64,000 bases of DNA from Lama glama (Eukaryota). Shown piece by piece: positions 51,808 through 64,000 of the stretch. Position 1 is the stretch's first letter; each line of letters starts with the position of its first letter. Under the pieces are notes generated by a model. It ran no database searches. It was not told where the DNA came from and saw nothing but the letters and a program-made list of their open reading frames with translations. The stretch is taken from assembly GCA_028534125.1 (NCBI GenBank), contig CM052817.1:72542001-72606000 (forward strand). The letters run 5' to 3'. A program made the translations under genes and the position numbers.

Positions 51808-52012
51808 ATAACAGCAGAGAATACAGCCCAGATGTTTTCCCCCAACCAGGCACTGGGCTGAGCCTTCGCAACACACAATAAACATGTTGTTGCAATCTAC
51901 ATATTATGGATAAGAAAACTGAGGCACTTAAGTACATTTCTAGAAATATCAACTAAGGGGTAGAGTCAGGATTTGGAATCCAGGCAGTTTGACTACAGAA
52001 TCCATGATCTTG
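51808..52012 (-). mobile_element. MIR
   Basis: ccaggcactgggctgagc...gataagaaaactgaggcac...agagtcaggatttggaatccaggcagtttgactacaga. Confidence 0.8.
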
Positions 52013-52339
52013 AAACTAAAGTGAGTAACTTTGGCTTCATAGTAATTATATCATGTGTCCACTTCATTTGGACAATAGAACAATAGAATTATGGAAGAAA
52101 TAATACAGTCTGTCCTACTGACAGTTATTGTAATTGCAAAGAAAACTTACATTTAAAATATTGCCTTGAAAAGACAGGTAGAAGTGAAATGTGTATTTGA
52201 GGGTTTTGGATTAGCAGTAACCATGATATTTTTCCTGAAGAATTGTAAATAATAGAGAAATTTAAAGAGTTAGTAGTGAATGCTATTATTACAATTCATA
52301 ACTAATCAGTGTAGTGGTGAAATTTGAGAAAACAAGCCT

Positions 52340-52692
52340 AAACACTACTGAATACTTCCTCTGCAGCATATAAACCCCAGAGGCCTGAAGGAGTGACTGG
52401 AAGGAGTGGTGATGGAAATCCAGAGGAAGAGATGGGCCTGGCAAAGTCCACCTAAAAAAGGCACACAGTTAGCCCACAGTGACCCAGCAGGGAGGAAGGA
52501 AAGAGAATAAATAACCTGATTCACTCTCCTGTTGCCCTCTGGCCACTTGCTTATGACTGCCTTGGTCTATTCCCACCAGAAGCCTGAGGCAAGGGAACCG
52601 ATTAATGCCGTCCACCCCAGGGCAGCATGGTAGGTGGAGAGTAGAGAGAAGGATGAGAGTGAACAGGAAAAGACAACAGAAGGAAGCCAGCA
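52340..52692 (-). mobile_element. LTR33-like (ERVL) LTR
   Basis: cacagtgacccagcagggagga...aataaataacctga...ccagaagcctgaggcaagggaacc...ggatgagagtgaacagg...gccagca. Confidence 0.7.
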
Positions 52693-53820
52693 GAAGTGTC
52701 ATATATGCATGTCTTTTATTTTTCTAGAGACTTCTTCTTAGAGTTAAAAATATATTGTTACATTTTTATACCATTCTGGAAAATCCTCCTACATATTAAA
52801 AATCTAAATCTAAAGCAAAATCACTAAAACATGCATAATAAAACTCTTTTGCCTTAAGAGGCAATTTAATCTTTGCTTCTTTTCTGCATTACTTCCTCAT
52901 ACTTTTACTGAGTGATTCCTAACTGCCATCAGAGATAACAAGCAAGTAATGTGTGGTCTTTGTTTTCATAAGCACATATTCAATAGGAGAAAATAGCTTA
53001 ACCAGTTAAGTTACCATGGTGGCTTGATAAGTGAGTTCAGTGGTATCGGGGGCCCATTGCCTGATTTACTGCACTCTTAAAAAAATACTTTGCTCCTTAC
53101 CTCTGTTAGTTTTGAATCTTATAAACAATGGGCACGATGACTGTTTAGTGGCATTTGTGTTAAATAACAATGTACAGGTGTTCTCTACAGTCATGACATT
53201 AAAACCTGCTGCTCGGAACTCTAAAGCCGGAGCCCGTGGTCTTCTCATTCACTGCTCTGAGACTTTTCTGCATCAAGACGACTTTGCAGCAGGGTTTACT
53301 GTTCTTCCCTTCAATTTGTATTTCCAGAGTTCCCCATTGGGTTTCTTGACCTATGTAAATTCTTTGATTGAATGCAGGGTGGAGAATGCAGAATGGTTAT
53401 GTAACAGGAACACGGCTCTTTACAGCACAGAATGATTAGTCTTGGGATTTGGGCTTCAGCTCCTGAGACTTAATGGTTTACAGTATCTCTGTTTGTCTGG
53501 ACCAGAGGTAAATGTACAAATTTATAGAAGAATGGATATAAGCAAAAAGCAATAAACAAATCCTCACCTACCTGCCTCAGAGGAGGCATGCCAAAGAACT
53601 GGATCTCCTTAAGTTGTCTGAGATCATTTTAGGCATTACTACTAAGAATTTTTAGAAAATAATCTTCTATTCATGGGCCAATAATGTTTTACAATTCAGC
53701 AGTACCCTATGTGTAATAAATCTAAATCAAGCCAAGGTCAGAGCATTGATGGGTTAAATGATTGGGTGAAATGTTTAGAAGAAACATGAAAGCAATTTTT
53801 CTCTCCAGTGAAAGTGCAAT

Positions 53821-54020
53821 GAAAAGAGTAGTTATCTTGAGATCAAACGACTCTGGGTTCTAATCCAGGTTCTTTTACTCTGTTCTTCAGGCAAATGTGT
53901 TAACCTCTGTTAGTTCCACATCTCTTCTGAGTGAAGGAGAGACTGTAATGCCTACTACTCAGGGTTCTCAATGAGGCTTAAGTAAGATGATACTTGTAAA
54001 GAGTGTGTTATGCGCTTTAC
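53821..54020 (+). mobile_element. MIR
   Basis: ctgggttctaatccaggttc...ggcaaatgtgttaacctctg...taatgcctactactcagggttctcaatgagg. Confidence 0.7.
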
Positions 54021-54294
54021 TTAAGGTCGCTTCTCTACACTGTTAGGAGTGTGGTCATCTCGTGGTGCTGCAACAAAAGAGGCTTCATTAGCAACAAAGG
54101 CACCTACAGTTAAGTTAACTGCAACACAGACCAGTGGACTGAGAGGGAGAGAAGGAAACAGTACATATGATTTACTCACAGTTTACAAGAAGTTGAATTG
54201 TGACTTGTTTCCATTTCTCTCAGGCAAAAAATTCATCAGAATAGAGCCTGAGGAATAAAAACCAGGGGCCCACTGAGCTCCTAGGGGCAGCCTG

Positions 54295-54375
54295 CAATCT
54301 CATTTCAGAAACTTCTCATTTACAGATGGGGAAGCTGAGGCCAAAAAGGTCAGACCTGTGTTCCAGGCCTATCCC
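54295..54375 (-). mobile_element. MIR fragment
   Basis: ctcatttacagatggggaagctgaggccaaaaagg. Confidence 0.6.
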
Positions 54376-54544
54376 ATCCTCTAAATATAACACAGTCATA
54401 CACTCACTTCACATGGGGTCAAAGGGCTGTCCCTGGAATGGGCTCCAGACATTTCAGATTTTCATTCCCAGTCAGTAAAGAACATTTGGGTAGGCACCAC
54501 TAACAAAAGTATATTTATTTTTAAAGTGTACTCACTGAAATCAA

Positions 54545-55185
54545 AGTTCTTATACATTACTGGCAGGAATGTAAAATGACGAAGTCACCATGGAAAATAG
54601 TTTGGCCAGTCCTCAAAAAGTTCACATAGAGTTACCATATGACCCTGCAATTCCACTCCTAGGTACACGCCCCCAAAACTGAGAACAGGTACTCAAACAG
54701 ATACTCATACACGAGTGTTCAGAGCAGGACTACTCGCAATAGCCAAAAGGCAGAAACAACCCAAATGTCTATCACTGGGGGAAATGCATAAATAAATTGT
54801 GGAGTATACATTCAGTGGCATATTATTCAACCATAAAAAGAAGCAAGGTACTGATACACACTGAGAGGTGAATACATTTCCAAAACATTTTTCTGAGTAA
54901 AAGGAGCCAGACACAAAAAAGGTCACATATTTTATGACTTCATTTATATGAAATATTCAGAATAGAGAAGTCTGTAGAGACAGAATGCATATTGGTGGTT
55001 GCCAGTGGCTGAACAGGACAGAGAAATGGGGAAAATTGTTTAATGGGTTTTACTTTGGAGTAACAGAAATGTTTCAGAACTAGATAGAGGTGATGTTTGT
55101 GCAACACTGCAAATGCCACTGTATTGTTCACTTTAAAATGGTTAATTTATGTTATGTGACTGTCACCTCAATAAATTATTTAAAA
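54545..55185 (+). mobile_element. L1MB 3' end (ORF2 C-terminus + 3'UTR)
   Basis: ggaatgtaaaatga...agagttaccatatgaccctgcaattccactcctaggta...aaacaacccaaatgtctatca...ggtggttgccag...cactttaaaatggttaatttatgttatgtga...cctcaataaa. Confidence 0.92.
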
Positions 55186-55809
55186 TTTTGAGTATACTTA
55201 ATTAAACTTTACAAATGCAATATGCAAATTTAAACATAAACAGAATAGAAATTAAAACAATAATGACCCATAAGTGAAACAAACAGTATTGCATATATTT
55301 ATTACCAGTACTTAAAGGCTTTTGCTCTCACAAAAATCTTGACTAATAATATAATTTTACTTAGAAACATATTTACTGGATATGTTTCTTTATAATTAAG
55401 TTTATTATACACTTGATTTTAATGGCAGGCATAGCTAAAAGGGATAACTCACAAAAATGAGACTTTAAAAGAAGTCTGAAATTTCTACTACCAAACTTAA
55501 AAAACTAAAAAGCATGATATTCTGAAGATTTTTTTATAGGTAATAACCTTATATTTTTGGCAATAAAATTACACAATGATTGAAAAATCTCAAAATCAAA
55601 TTTTCAAAATACTTTCTCCAAAATTACTAGTTTATTTCAAACAGTACTTAATCTCTTAAGCATTGTTGAAGCCATCAGCTAAATCTTGTATATCATTTTG
55701 ATAATGCCTATTAGGTATCAGAAAATGTAAGGAGAATTGGATCACTTTTCCTTTATTTTAAAATAGAATGTGTGTAACACCACATCGTAAACAATTCAAG
55801 AGATAGCAA

Positions 55810-56195
55810 ATGAATTTCTGTGGGGCACAAAAGGTTTTCATATGATTCCATATGATAGTAGAGATATTGGTATTTCATCTTGGTTTTATCACAATAAATC
55901 AGTGACACCTTGTCACACACAAACCACAGTACCTCACAATAAGCTGAGAGTGAATAAATGGCCGAGTGTGCTACTGTCAAAACAGCTACCCTTGAAAACA
56001 CTTCAAGCGGTGTATGTGAAGATGAGACACAGGGAGAGTCCAAGTGTCAGAACACATACTAAATATGGTTAACTTTATTATTTTCCCATTTAGAAGAAAG
56101 TCACCATAAGCGGAATCTGTCATCTTGCCCTCTGTCACCCCACTGGATTGTCGTACACTCCCAAGGGATGCGCACCCACTTTGGAGACCCTATTC
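55810..56195. mobile_element. Probable hAT-Charlie element (one end visible)
   Basis: Ends cccaagggatgcgcacccactttggagaccct, which resembles Charlie termini. Left boundary uncertain. Confidence 0.4.
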
Positions 56196-56710
56196 CGCTG
56201 CACTAGACAGGTGGGGAGCAGGAATGCTGGGCTCCAATCTGTCACACAGTTGTAGGTGCAAATTAGCTCAATCAAGCAACTGCTTCTGAAATAGTTACTT
56301 TTTAAATAAAATGTATATCCTATTGCCCAGAAGACAAAAGTACTTGATGAAAATTTTAATTAAGTGGTTTGGGGAATAGTTTTTACGTTAAACAAATTTT
56401 TGTTTCATTTGTAATCAAAATGTTTCTTATTTTAAAGAGTACAGTGATGAAAGGTATTTTGAAATAAGACTTCTTTTTTGCAGTTAGCTTACAAAAACCA
56501 AATAATGAAAGACCAAACAATCCAGCTTTCTAAGCATCTTACAGTTTTCTTTCTAAAAGTGCATTATTATAATCTGATATTCTGTGATTTCTGGAATTTT
56601 ATTTTAAAATATAAAGATTTAATAATAAAAATGAAATGTGTAGTTGCAGATATTATATTTTATTTTTTATGAAAAAAATTAATTTACTTAAAAAGCTCAA
56701 CCTGAAATTG

Positions 56711-56738
56711 TTTTGTTTTGTTTTGTTTTGTTTTGTTT
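56711..56738 (+). repeat. (TTTTG)n microsatellite
   Basis: Five perfect TTTTG units. Confidence 0.95.
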
Positions 56739-57819
56739 ATCCTGCATTGGCTCTTGTTCATGTGGGTTGCCCACCAATTATCTAAGAGATTTTGGGACAG
56801 ACAACCCATGAGGAGAGAGTCCAGACCTCTGTGAGGCTTCCTGTCACCAAGAGTGTCACAAATCATGTCCATTTAGATGCCCAGCATCCAGTCAACAGCT
56901 TAATATGAGGTAATACTCCACCATAATTTTACCATTTTTTTGCATTTTTCCATAATTAATTGATATTCTCCATTATGAGGAACAAGAGGAGAAATAAGAA
57001 ATTGTATATTCCATTCCTTAAATAAGTACCAACTTGTAAACTATTCTTGCCATAAAAAAGCCATTCTATCCTTCCACCCAGTTGGCTCTATGCCACCTAC
57101 AAATAAGAATCCTATCTTATCTGTAAAATCTGGTATTTCTCTCTCACTCTTTTTTTATCCACAGTATCTCCATTAGAAAGTATCTCACTGCTTATGCACA
57201 TATATGATGATATATCCATATTCTATAGATTTCAAGGATTCCAGTGGTAATACCTTCCATAGGGAAATAGTAAATCAATGTGTTCAATTTAACAATGGTC
57301 ACAGGAAATCTCTTGCCACCAGAAATATGAAGTTACTCCTAAATAAATACAAATATTAACTAAATTATTTCTAACTTTTATTAATAATATCCTATGTCTC
57401 TGTTTGCTTGTCCCCCGTTTCTTTCTGACTGATGACTCTACTTATTAATCCCACTACCTCCTGCTGTTGCTTAAAATAAAGTGCTTTCTCTGGATAGTAA
57501 CATTTGAGTCCTTCACTTAAGAACTAATGGGCTAATAAATTTATAAATATCTCCACCTCAAGAAAATGGATGGTTTTAATGCACTATATAGCTCAGTTAA
57601 TCTAGACACAACCAAATCTGACAGTGTTAGTGACATAATAACTGTGAAATCACACAATCTCATGCCCCAAAGGCAAATGGCTCTTCTTGTCCTCTGATCC
57701 TGATGGTTCCTTAGTCACATATCTTATCATGGAATGTGTGAAGACAAGGAAGCAAAAAATAGCATGATCACGTGTCAGCTTAGAATTTCAAGATCCGCCC
57801 TCCCCATATATTTGAAAAA

Positions 57820-58030
57820 GTCACTCTTCACTCCACTTACCTCTGCTTTAGTTTTCTTCTTAGCACTTATTACCTGGTATGATTGTTATTTATTTATTTA
57901 TATTCATTAATATTTATTTACTTATATAAACTTCTAGAAGGGCAGAACTTTGTATTGTTTGCTATTCAAGTGGCTAAAATAGTTCCTGGCATACAGACAA
58001 TACTCAATTAATAATTATTACATAAATTTA
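57820..58030 (+). mobile_element. L2 3' end
   Basis: ttttcttcttagcacttattacc...ataaacttctagaagggcagaactttg...aatagttcctggcatacag...ctcaattaata. Confidence 0.7.
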
Positions 58031-58764
58031 TTAACAGTTTCCAGTAGCTGGAAATTAAACTATTTTTCTTTTCTCTAATTAATACCGTCAAAAGAAGTTT
58101 TTTATATTGAGTTTTTTTCTCATTATTTTTCTAGAAATTATTCCTTTTTCTAGTTAAGAAAAAGTTACTTTTTCCTTTTTCTCTAGTTCTAGTTACTTTT
58201 CCCTTTTTTCATTGAAAAACAACTCACACAAAAAGATTTGATGAATTGCTGTATTTATACTTCTTTCACTTAAGTTGGTTCTATATTATTTTCTACCATA
58301 GTATAAATTATAATCCTTTTATAGAGAAAATAAATTAAACTACCTCAAGCTTTCTCCTTATAATTTTATACATGTGGCACTTACCAATATCACTTTTGCT
58401 GAGACATAAAGTTCTGTATTCTACTGTCCAGTCCAATCTCATGAAAATGATTTTCAGAGTCATTCTTTTCGATTCCTGGAGATTTGGCTTAATAGCAATA
58501 AATACTAGGAAATCTTGTTTTCATTCTAGATCTACCAGCCAACTGTCAGTATCTCTAAAGCTTATTGCTGATTAAAAACAATAAATTGGCAAACAAATAA
58601 ATAAATAAATATTTCTTTCTTCTAATGTGCTTTGTTTTATTCAAACGGTTTGCACAAGCGATAGGCCTGATATTTGAAGATCCTTAATACATATAGAGTC
58701 ATACACCCTGACTTTTCTCAACTACAGTGTCTCCTTAAACTTGACTCAAAGTAAGAGAATAAAC

Positions 58765-59012
58765 TGGTAAACAGCTTGGGTTTTAAAATCGTATTTTCTA
58801 AGTTTGAATCTTGATTCCTCTGTTTACCATCCTGGCAACTTTAGGGAAGTTACTTTATTTCTTCAAGATTCAATTTCCTCATTGATAAAATAGCGATATG
58901 GTTGTACCTATCTTATTAAAATACTGTAAAAACTAAGCAAGATAATCCCTGTGACGTATTTAGCACAATGCCTGGCACAAAATACTTGCTCAAAACATGT
59001 TAGATGTTGTTT
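58765..59012 (+). mobile_element. MIR, near full length
   Basis: gtttgaatcttgattcctctgtttacca...gggaagttactt...caatttcctcattgataaaat...ttagcacaatgcctggcaca...gctcaaaacatgttag. Confidence 0.85.
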
Positions 59013-60499
59013 TTGCATCTTGCCCCTAAATGTATGGAGCTTCTTTCTTCTTGAACCCCCAATATATTTTTCTATGTGTGTTATCTCAAGATATTTCTTA
59101 CATCTGTCAAGTGCTGAAGTTCTTTGTGTATTTCTTTTTTTCCTATATTATCTCCACACAGGGAATCTTATCCATCTTCATCTTCTCTGAAGTGCTCAGG
59201 CTTGTGTCTTGATCATGACAGAAATTTAATATATTTTTAAAAATCGAGTGAAACTAAAACAGGATAAACAATCATATGTCTACACTAAGTCCCTTTAAAA
59301 TGGAAAATAATTTCATTTGTCTCTTACAAATAAATAAAATTACTTTAAAACCTTATTAGATGTAGTTTTTATAAAATATGATTGATAATTTAATTCAAAA
59401 ACTGGGGATTGCTCTTACATTCATCACTTCAGAAGTAGGTGTTTCCTTGTGTTTACTGCTTTCAAATGTGTTGCGTCTGAACTCCATGGAAGAGTGAACT
59501 AGAGTCAGAGAGTCCATACTTAATGATGGATATGTAAATCTCATACACATCATTTTCAGAACACAGTAACTTCCCAATGGATTGAAACAGTAGAACCAAG
59601 AAATTCTTGAATCATCACAGCTTCCTACTGTCCTCTTCTGTTCAAGTACTACATCTTGCATTGGTCAAACAGGTAACAACCTGTTATATTTCACAGGATA
59701 ACTTCTTATTTCACAGGAACAACTGGGACCCCAAAAGAATAATAAATATGTTTAAAATTATTCAAAAAAAAAAGCAGGACAAAAATTGCAGTGTTTGGTT
59801 TTCATTCCATCTAACTTGGAGTATCTCCTGATAATGATACAGCTAAACTAATAACAATGTAGCTAAGTGAATTTTTAAACCTATGTTATCATTATAATAA
59901 TTATGGGTTTTTTTTCTAAAATTTCCTATTCAAAGACAAAAGGGCATCATACTTGGTACACAATTTTTAGTATCATGCTGACTAATCTGCTATAGTTGTC
60001 AGTGGAGCTGACTGGATAGAACACATGGTTGATTACTTTCCTAACTGCAGTAACAAAGCTGACACATAAGCATGATTTATTTATGACTGAAAATGTCAAC
60101 CTCTGGGTGTCACCTGGAAGTCTCACAATGCTAAAAGCCAACCATCTGATAAATCCCTGCCTTGCCTTGCCTTGCTTTGACTTGATGATAATTTCATTTC
60201 TCAGAAAGCTGAGGAGGCAAGAGGGGAGAAATAATATTTGAACTTAATTTTATTAAGTCCTATATATCAAGGGTGATATTCAGACTATTGTATAAGCAAT
60301 AGTGAACAGGCACTAACCAGTCAGGACATAGAAGCCCTCTATGCTTCAGCAGTTACTCTTGTACCTGTTGGATTGTGAACAGTGAACAAGGAGGACACTT
60401 GGAGGTCTCAAGAAGAGGTATTTATCATCCAGTATTTCAATACTATTACAAAATTATACCCATATTCTTATGTAATGGCTGCACATTTGTTGATAACTC

Positions 60500-61260
60500 T
60501 CCCCTCTTAATCTCTTGCATCTTTTGAATCTATCCTTCATTCTAGAACCCAAGAACACGTCTTTGTTTCTGAACCTCACTGCTACCTAACGTAAACAACC
60601 TAACCTAAACCATAAGCCTCATGGCTTCTATCTTCCCCCAAAGCATGCCAACTCTTTCCCAGTCTCTAAAGTCTCCATTTTCTAATCCACTATTGCTTCT
60701 GATTGTGATCTGCATTTCTCTAGGTCAAAATCTCCAATGTTTCTCCAATATCATCAATACAAAACTCAAAATTCTTAGCCTAAGCAGCAGGGCATACCTT
60801 TCATCAGATCCCAACATATCTTTGCAAATTGTTTTCTTGCATCTTTTTATCCACTCTACAACTCAATCAAAATAAACAATTCGCTCTTCTCTAAATAAAA
60901 GGCACAGTTTCACTCTCCTATAATTCTTTTGCTGCTAATTTGAACTGGAATGCAGTTCCCTTCTTCTGTGTCTAAGCACCTCACAGCCAAGCAACTTCAA
61001 ATGTGACCTCCATCACAGCTTTCTATGATCTCTACATCCATTACAAGTTTTACCACGCTCTGTATACACTGGTGATGAAAGTAATCATCATGCTAAACAA
61101 TTTATCACATTTATTTTTGCGTATATCTAATCTCCTTTTGTAGAAGGTAAGTTTAAGGAGTAATATACACATGGTTGATTCATCTTTGGATCCTGATAGC
61201 TCTTAGCACATACTATACCCACAGCAGCATTTCAAAAGATATTTGGTGAATGAAGAAATG
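60500..61260 (+). mobile_element. L2 3' portion
   Basis: Pyrimidine-rich, with aaaactcaaaattcttagcc, ctggaatgcagttccc, and the terminal ttagcacatac...atatttggtgaatgaa. Confidence 0.7.
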
Positions 61261-61874
61261 GGTATAATGAAGAACAAGAGAACAAAATAAAATTGACAAG
61301 AAAGTTGGCAAAGAGGAATTCTCACCTCAGAACTCATCTAACTGGAAAAAAAAGAAATGCTGGCTATAGTAAATAATTTGTTCTGATCTAAAATGGATAT
61401 TCTTACATTGACTAAAAGGTAGATAAAACTAAAAATTCCAAAACAATACATGACCAAGGAAGATAAAAGTCCAAAAACTATATATGGGCATGAAAGCAAA
61501 CTTTATACTAGAGGCAGCTGAAGAAGTCAATCTGCATGCAGAGGAGTTATTGTGTATATAATTTGGAAGGGGGTGCTTATGACCCAAGACTCTTAATACC
61601 AAATAACAAAGTAGCTGAAACCCAAACAGAACTGAGTCTTCTGAGAAATGTTAAGAACAAAAAATAATTGTGAAAGGGGGAGTACGGAGTTGCATGCTGT
61701 TTTGCTGTTATTTTTTGGTTGGTTAATTGATTGGATACTTCTTAATATACTGCAAATAAGAAAAGAAAAAAATATATAGGGAGGAAGATACAGGCCCACT
61801 GTGTGGGGAAAGTGGTGGTACCAAATATATATAAAATTGCCAAGAAACATAGAAAAATGCTTACACTAAAACAC

Positions 61875-62113
61875 AATAAAATCTCAGTGCAATCATGAAG
61901 AAAACATCAGACAAACCCACACTGAAAGACATTCTACAAACTACCTCACCAGTATTTCTCATGGTTATGAAAAATAAAGACAGAAATGGTCACAGATCAG
62001 AGGAGGCTAAAGAGACATAATGACTAAATGCAGTGTGGTGTCCTGGACTGGATCCTGGAATAGCAAGAGGGTACAAATGGAAAGCTGGTGAAACCCAAAT
62101 AAAGCAGTCTAGT
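61875..62113 (+). mobile_element. L1MC/L1MD 3'UTR fragment
   Basis: aaaacatcagacaaacccacactgaaagacattctacaaa...gacataatgactaaatgcagtgtggtgtcctggactggatcctggaa. Confidence 0.85.
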
Positions 62114-62454
62114 GTCTGTCAGCTCTCCCTGAACTTCCATCCCCTGCCGGCTAAGTGGGAATCTGCCTACTACTCCTGAGCCAGGGGAAACCATGAAGAG
62201 AGTTTAGAGTTAAGACCTCTTCTATGCCACGACTGAGTGAAAGGAAACAGAAAAACACCAACAACTTGCTCTTTGACGTTTCTGATGTTAGCTGTCTCTC
62301 CGTACTGCCGTTTTTCAAGTCACTGGAAATGGGAGAGACCACACCCACATGGACACATCCACTTTCCAGGGCTTAGCTCCTCCTACCTGTAACACTGTTT
62401 GTGAGTTTCCATTCCCACATTAAGATGTTAATGACTTTACATTTTTTCATGTGT

Positions 62455-62540
62455 TTGATCATTTATTCAGCGAGTATTTATTGAGTGCTTACCATGTGTT
62501 AAGGTATTAGCACTTTTCTAAAAGCTAAAGATACAAACCG
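62455..62540 (-). mobile_element. L2 3' end
   Basis: catttattcagcgagtatttattgagtgcttaccatgtgttaagg. Confidence 0.65.
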
Positions 62541-62929
62541 ACCAATAAGGTGGCTTATTGACGGCCTGTTATGTACCAAGAAGTATAATATGTACTTGAC
62601 TGGATTATACAAAGATTAAAATTAAAACCAAAGACTGTTAATTTATGAACTTGGAGGGAAGACTTTAAATAAGACCACAATAGGTTGGAATATTTGGACC
62701 ATACTAAAAAGATTAATTTTCAAATCCTAGACACAATTTTTTTTAAATCAATAACTCAACTAGAGGCCTATTTTAGCAGCAGCAGACCTTAAAATATGCT
62801 TTTTTTTAAAAGCCTTTGGGCTTCTTTGATGTCTCTCTACTTGACTGTATACAAATCAACTAAGAAATGACTACACAAATGACTACACATTGTAATGTAC
62901 AATTTAGACTTCATTAGGTAAAGTACAGT

Positions 62930-63320
62930 TTCCACTGCACTTTGAATGTTGTATTTTTAAGTGGGATACTAAAATAATGGTGCATGTTCTTAAAGGAGTA
63001 AGTTGTCCAAAGATCATCACAAGCCTTAGAGAAATTGTGATAGATTTTGAAGAATTGCCTTGTCAAAGAAGAATTCTACTTTTTCTGAACAATGCCAGGA
63101 CTCAAACTAGAACTAGCAGGCCAAAGTTATGAAGTGACAGACATTGGGTCAATACTAATTACAACTGGTTAAGAATAAAGTTATTTAGAAAAACCAAGGT
63201 GGTTCCTCAAGTGATAATGCCCTTCTTACAGGTAAAAATATCAAGGATGCAGTAGAACTGTAGTGGGTCAGATTACAAGACCTTAACATTTTCTCCCAAC
63301 TTCAGAACCCTAGAGTTCTG
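62930..63320 (+). mobile_element. CR1/L3 LINE 3' fragment
   Basis: ttgaagaattgccttgtcaaagaag...aaactagaactagcaggccaaagtta...acaagaccttaacattttctcccaacttcagaaccctagagttctg. Confidence 0.55.
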
Positions 63321-64000
63321 AGAGGATGTAGATATCATTATGTATGAGATAAATAAAAGCGGATGAGTCTGCCTTCTGTGGATGTTAATTGTGCTGTGAG
63401 CTTACATCTCTTGCTGCTTCTCATATTTGCCCAAAATACGTTTCCAAATATTTATTCAACTAGTCTACCTCATTTGTTCCTCTTGGCAATAGCTCAGGTA
63501 AGACCGCTTTACTATCTTCCTGTACACACTCTAAGAACCAATAGCATATGACATTCAACTATATTGAAGGAAACAAATGATATTAAATATTGGTTTGTTT
63601 CAGTGAACATTGGGCCCCTGGCCTATCTCCTTTAAGCTCTTGATATGGGAGTTTGACAGTAATGATTTGTAAATCTTCTAAAGAAAGGTGAAAATCAGAG
63701 AAGTGAGAATTCCTGAAGTCCTGATGTTTCACAGATTAGTAGCCTGACATTAAGAAAGCATGGGGCATTGGGTGAGTGAGCTGGAGCCATAAACATTATC
63801 AGGTAAAGTGAGGTTTCCTGGGGCTGCAGAAAGAAACAAGCTTGTTACTACTTCTGGTATTAATCATAATAAGTGTTTTATCTAAGCCTGTCATGTTTAG
63901 TTTCTCCATGCAATTTACCTCTCAGGCACACGGTTCACAGTATCAGCTGGCCTTATCTTTTAACTTATAGTCTTCAAGTACCTAAATGTATTTCCCCCAA

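Noticed and set aside
60575..60630. Mitochondrial-looking text (ctacctaacgtaaacaacctaacctaaacc)
   Set aside because: Very short and embedded in an L2 fragment, with no recognisable mitochondrial gene
1..64000. CRISPR arrays, tRNA/rRNA/snRNA genes, endogenous viral ORFs, prokaryote-type systems
   Set aside because: No repeat-spacer array, cloverleaf, known snRNA sequence or long viral ORF is visible. The DNA is mammalian non-coding sequence

Overview
AT-rich, CpG-depleted eutherian mammal genomic DNA that looks intronic or intergenic. I recognise no protein-coding exon, RNA gene or pseudogene. The supplied ORFs are short, mostly start at non-ATG codons, and often lie inside repeats. Much of the window is ancient transposable-element debris: MIR, L2, CR1/L3, L1M/HAL1, MaLR/ERVL LTRs (two with target-site duplications), hAT elements (MER3, MER58B, MER63A, a ~2 kb Zaphod/MER115), a Tigger MER2B and a probable Mam_R4 relic. 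Family names come from my recollection of consensus sequences, not from a database search. I see no Alu, B1/B2, Bov-A/tA, PRE-1, SINEC or ERE SINEs, and two tiny L1 3' tails look cetartiodactyl-like, so a camelid source is plausible (inference). The best unexplained signals are a CpG-retaining promoter-like island at ~50.6-51.4 kb, well-formed minus-strand exon candidates (best: 29829-29893) that may belong to a non-coding or 5'UTR spliced transcript, and repeat-free motif-dense blocks that look like enhancers. I found no convincing evidence for a novel biological system.
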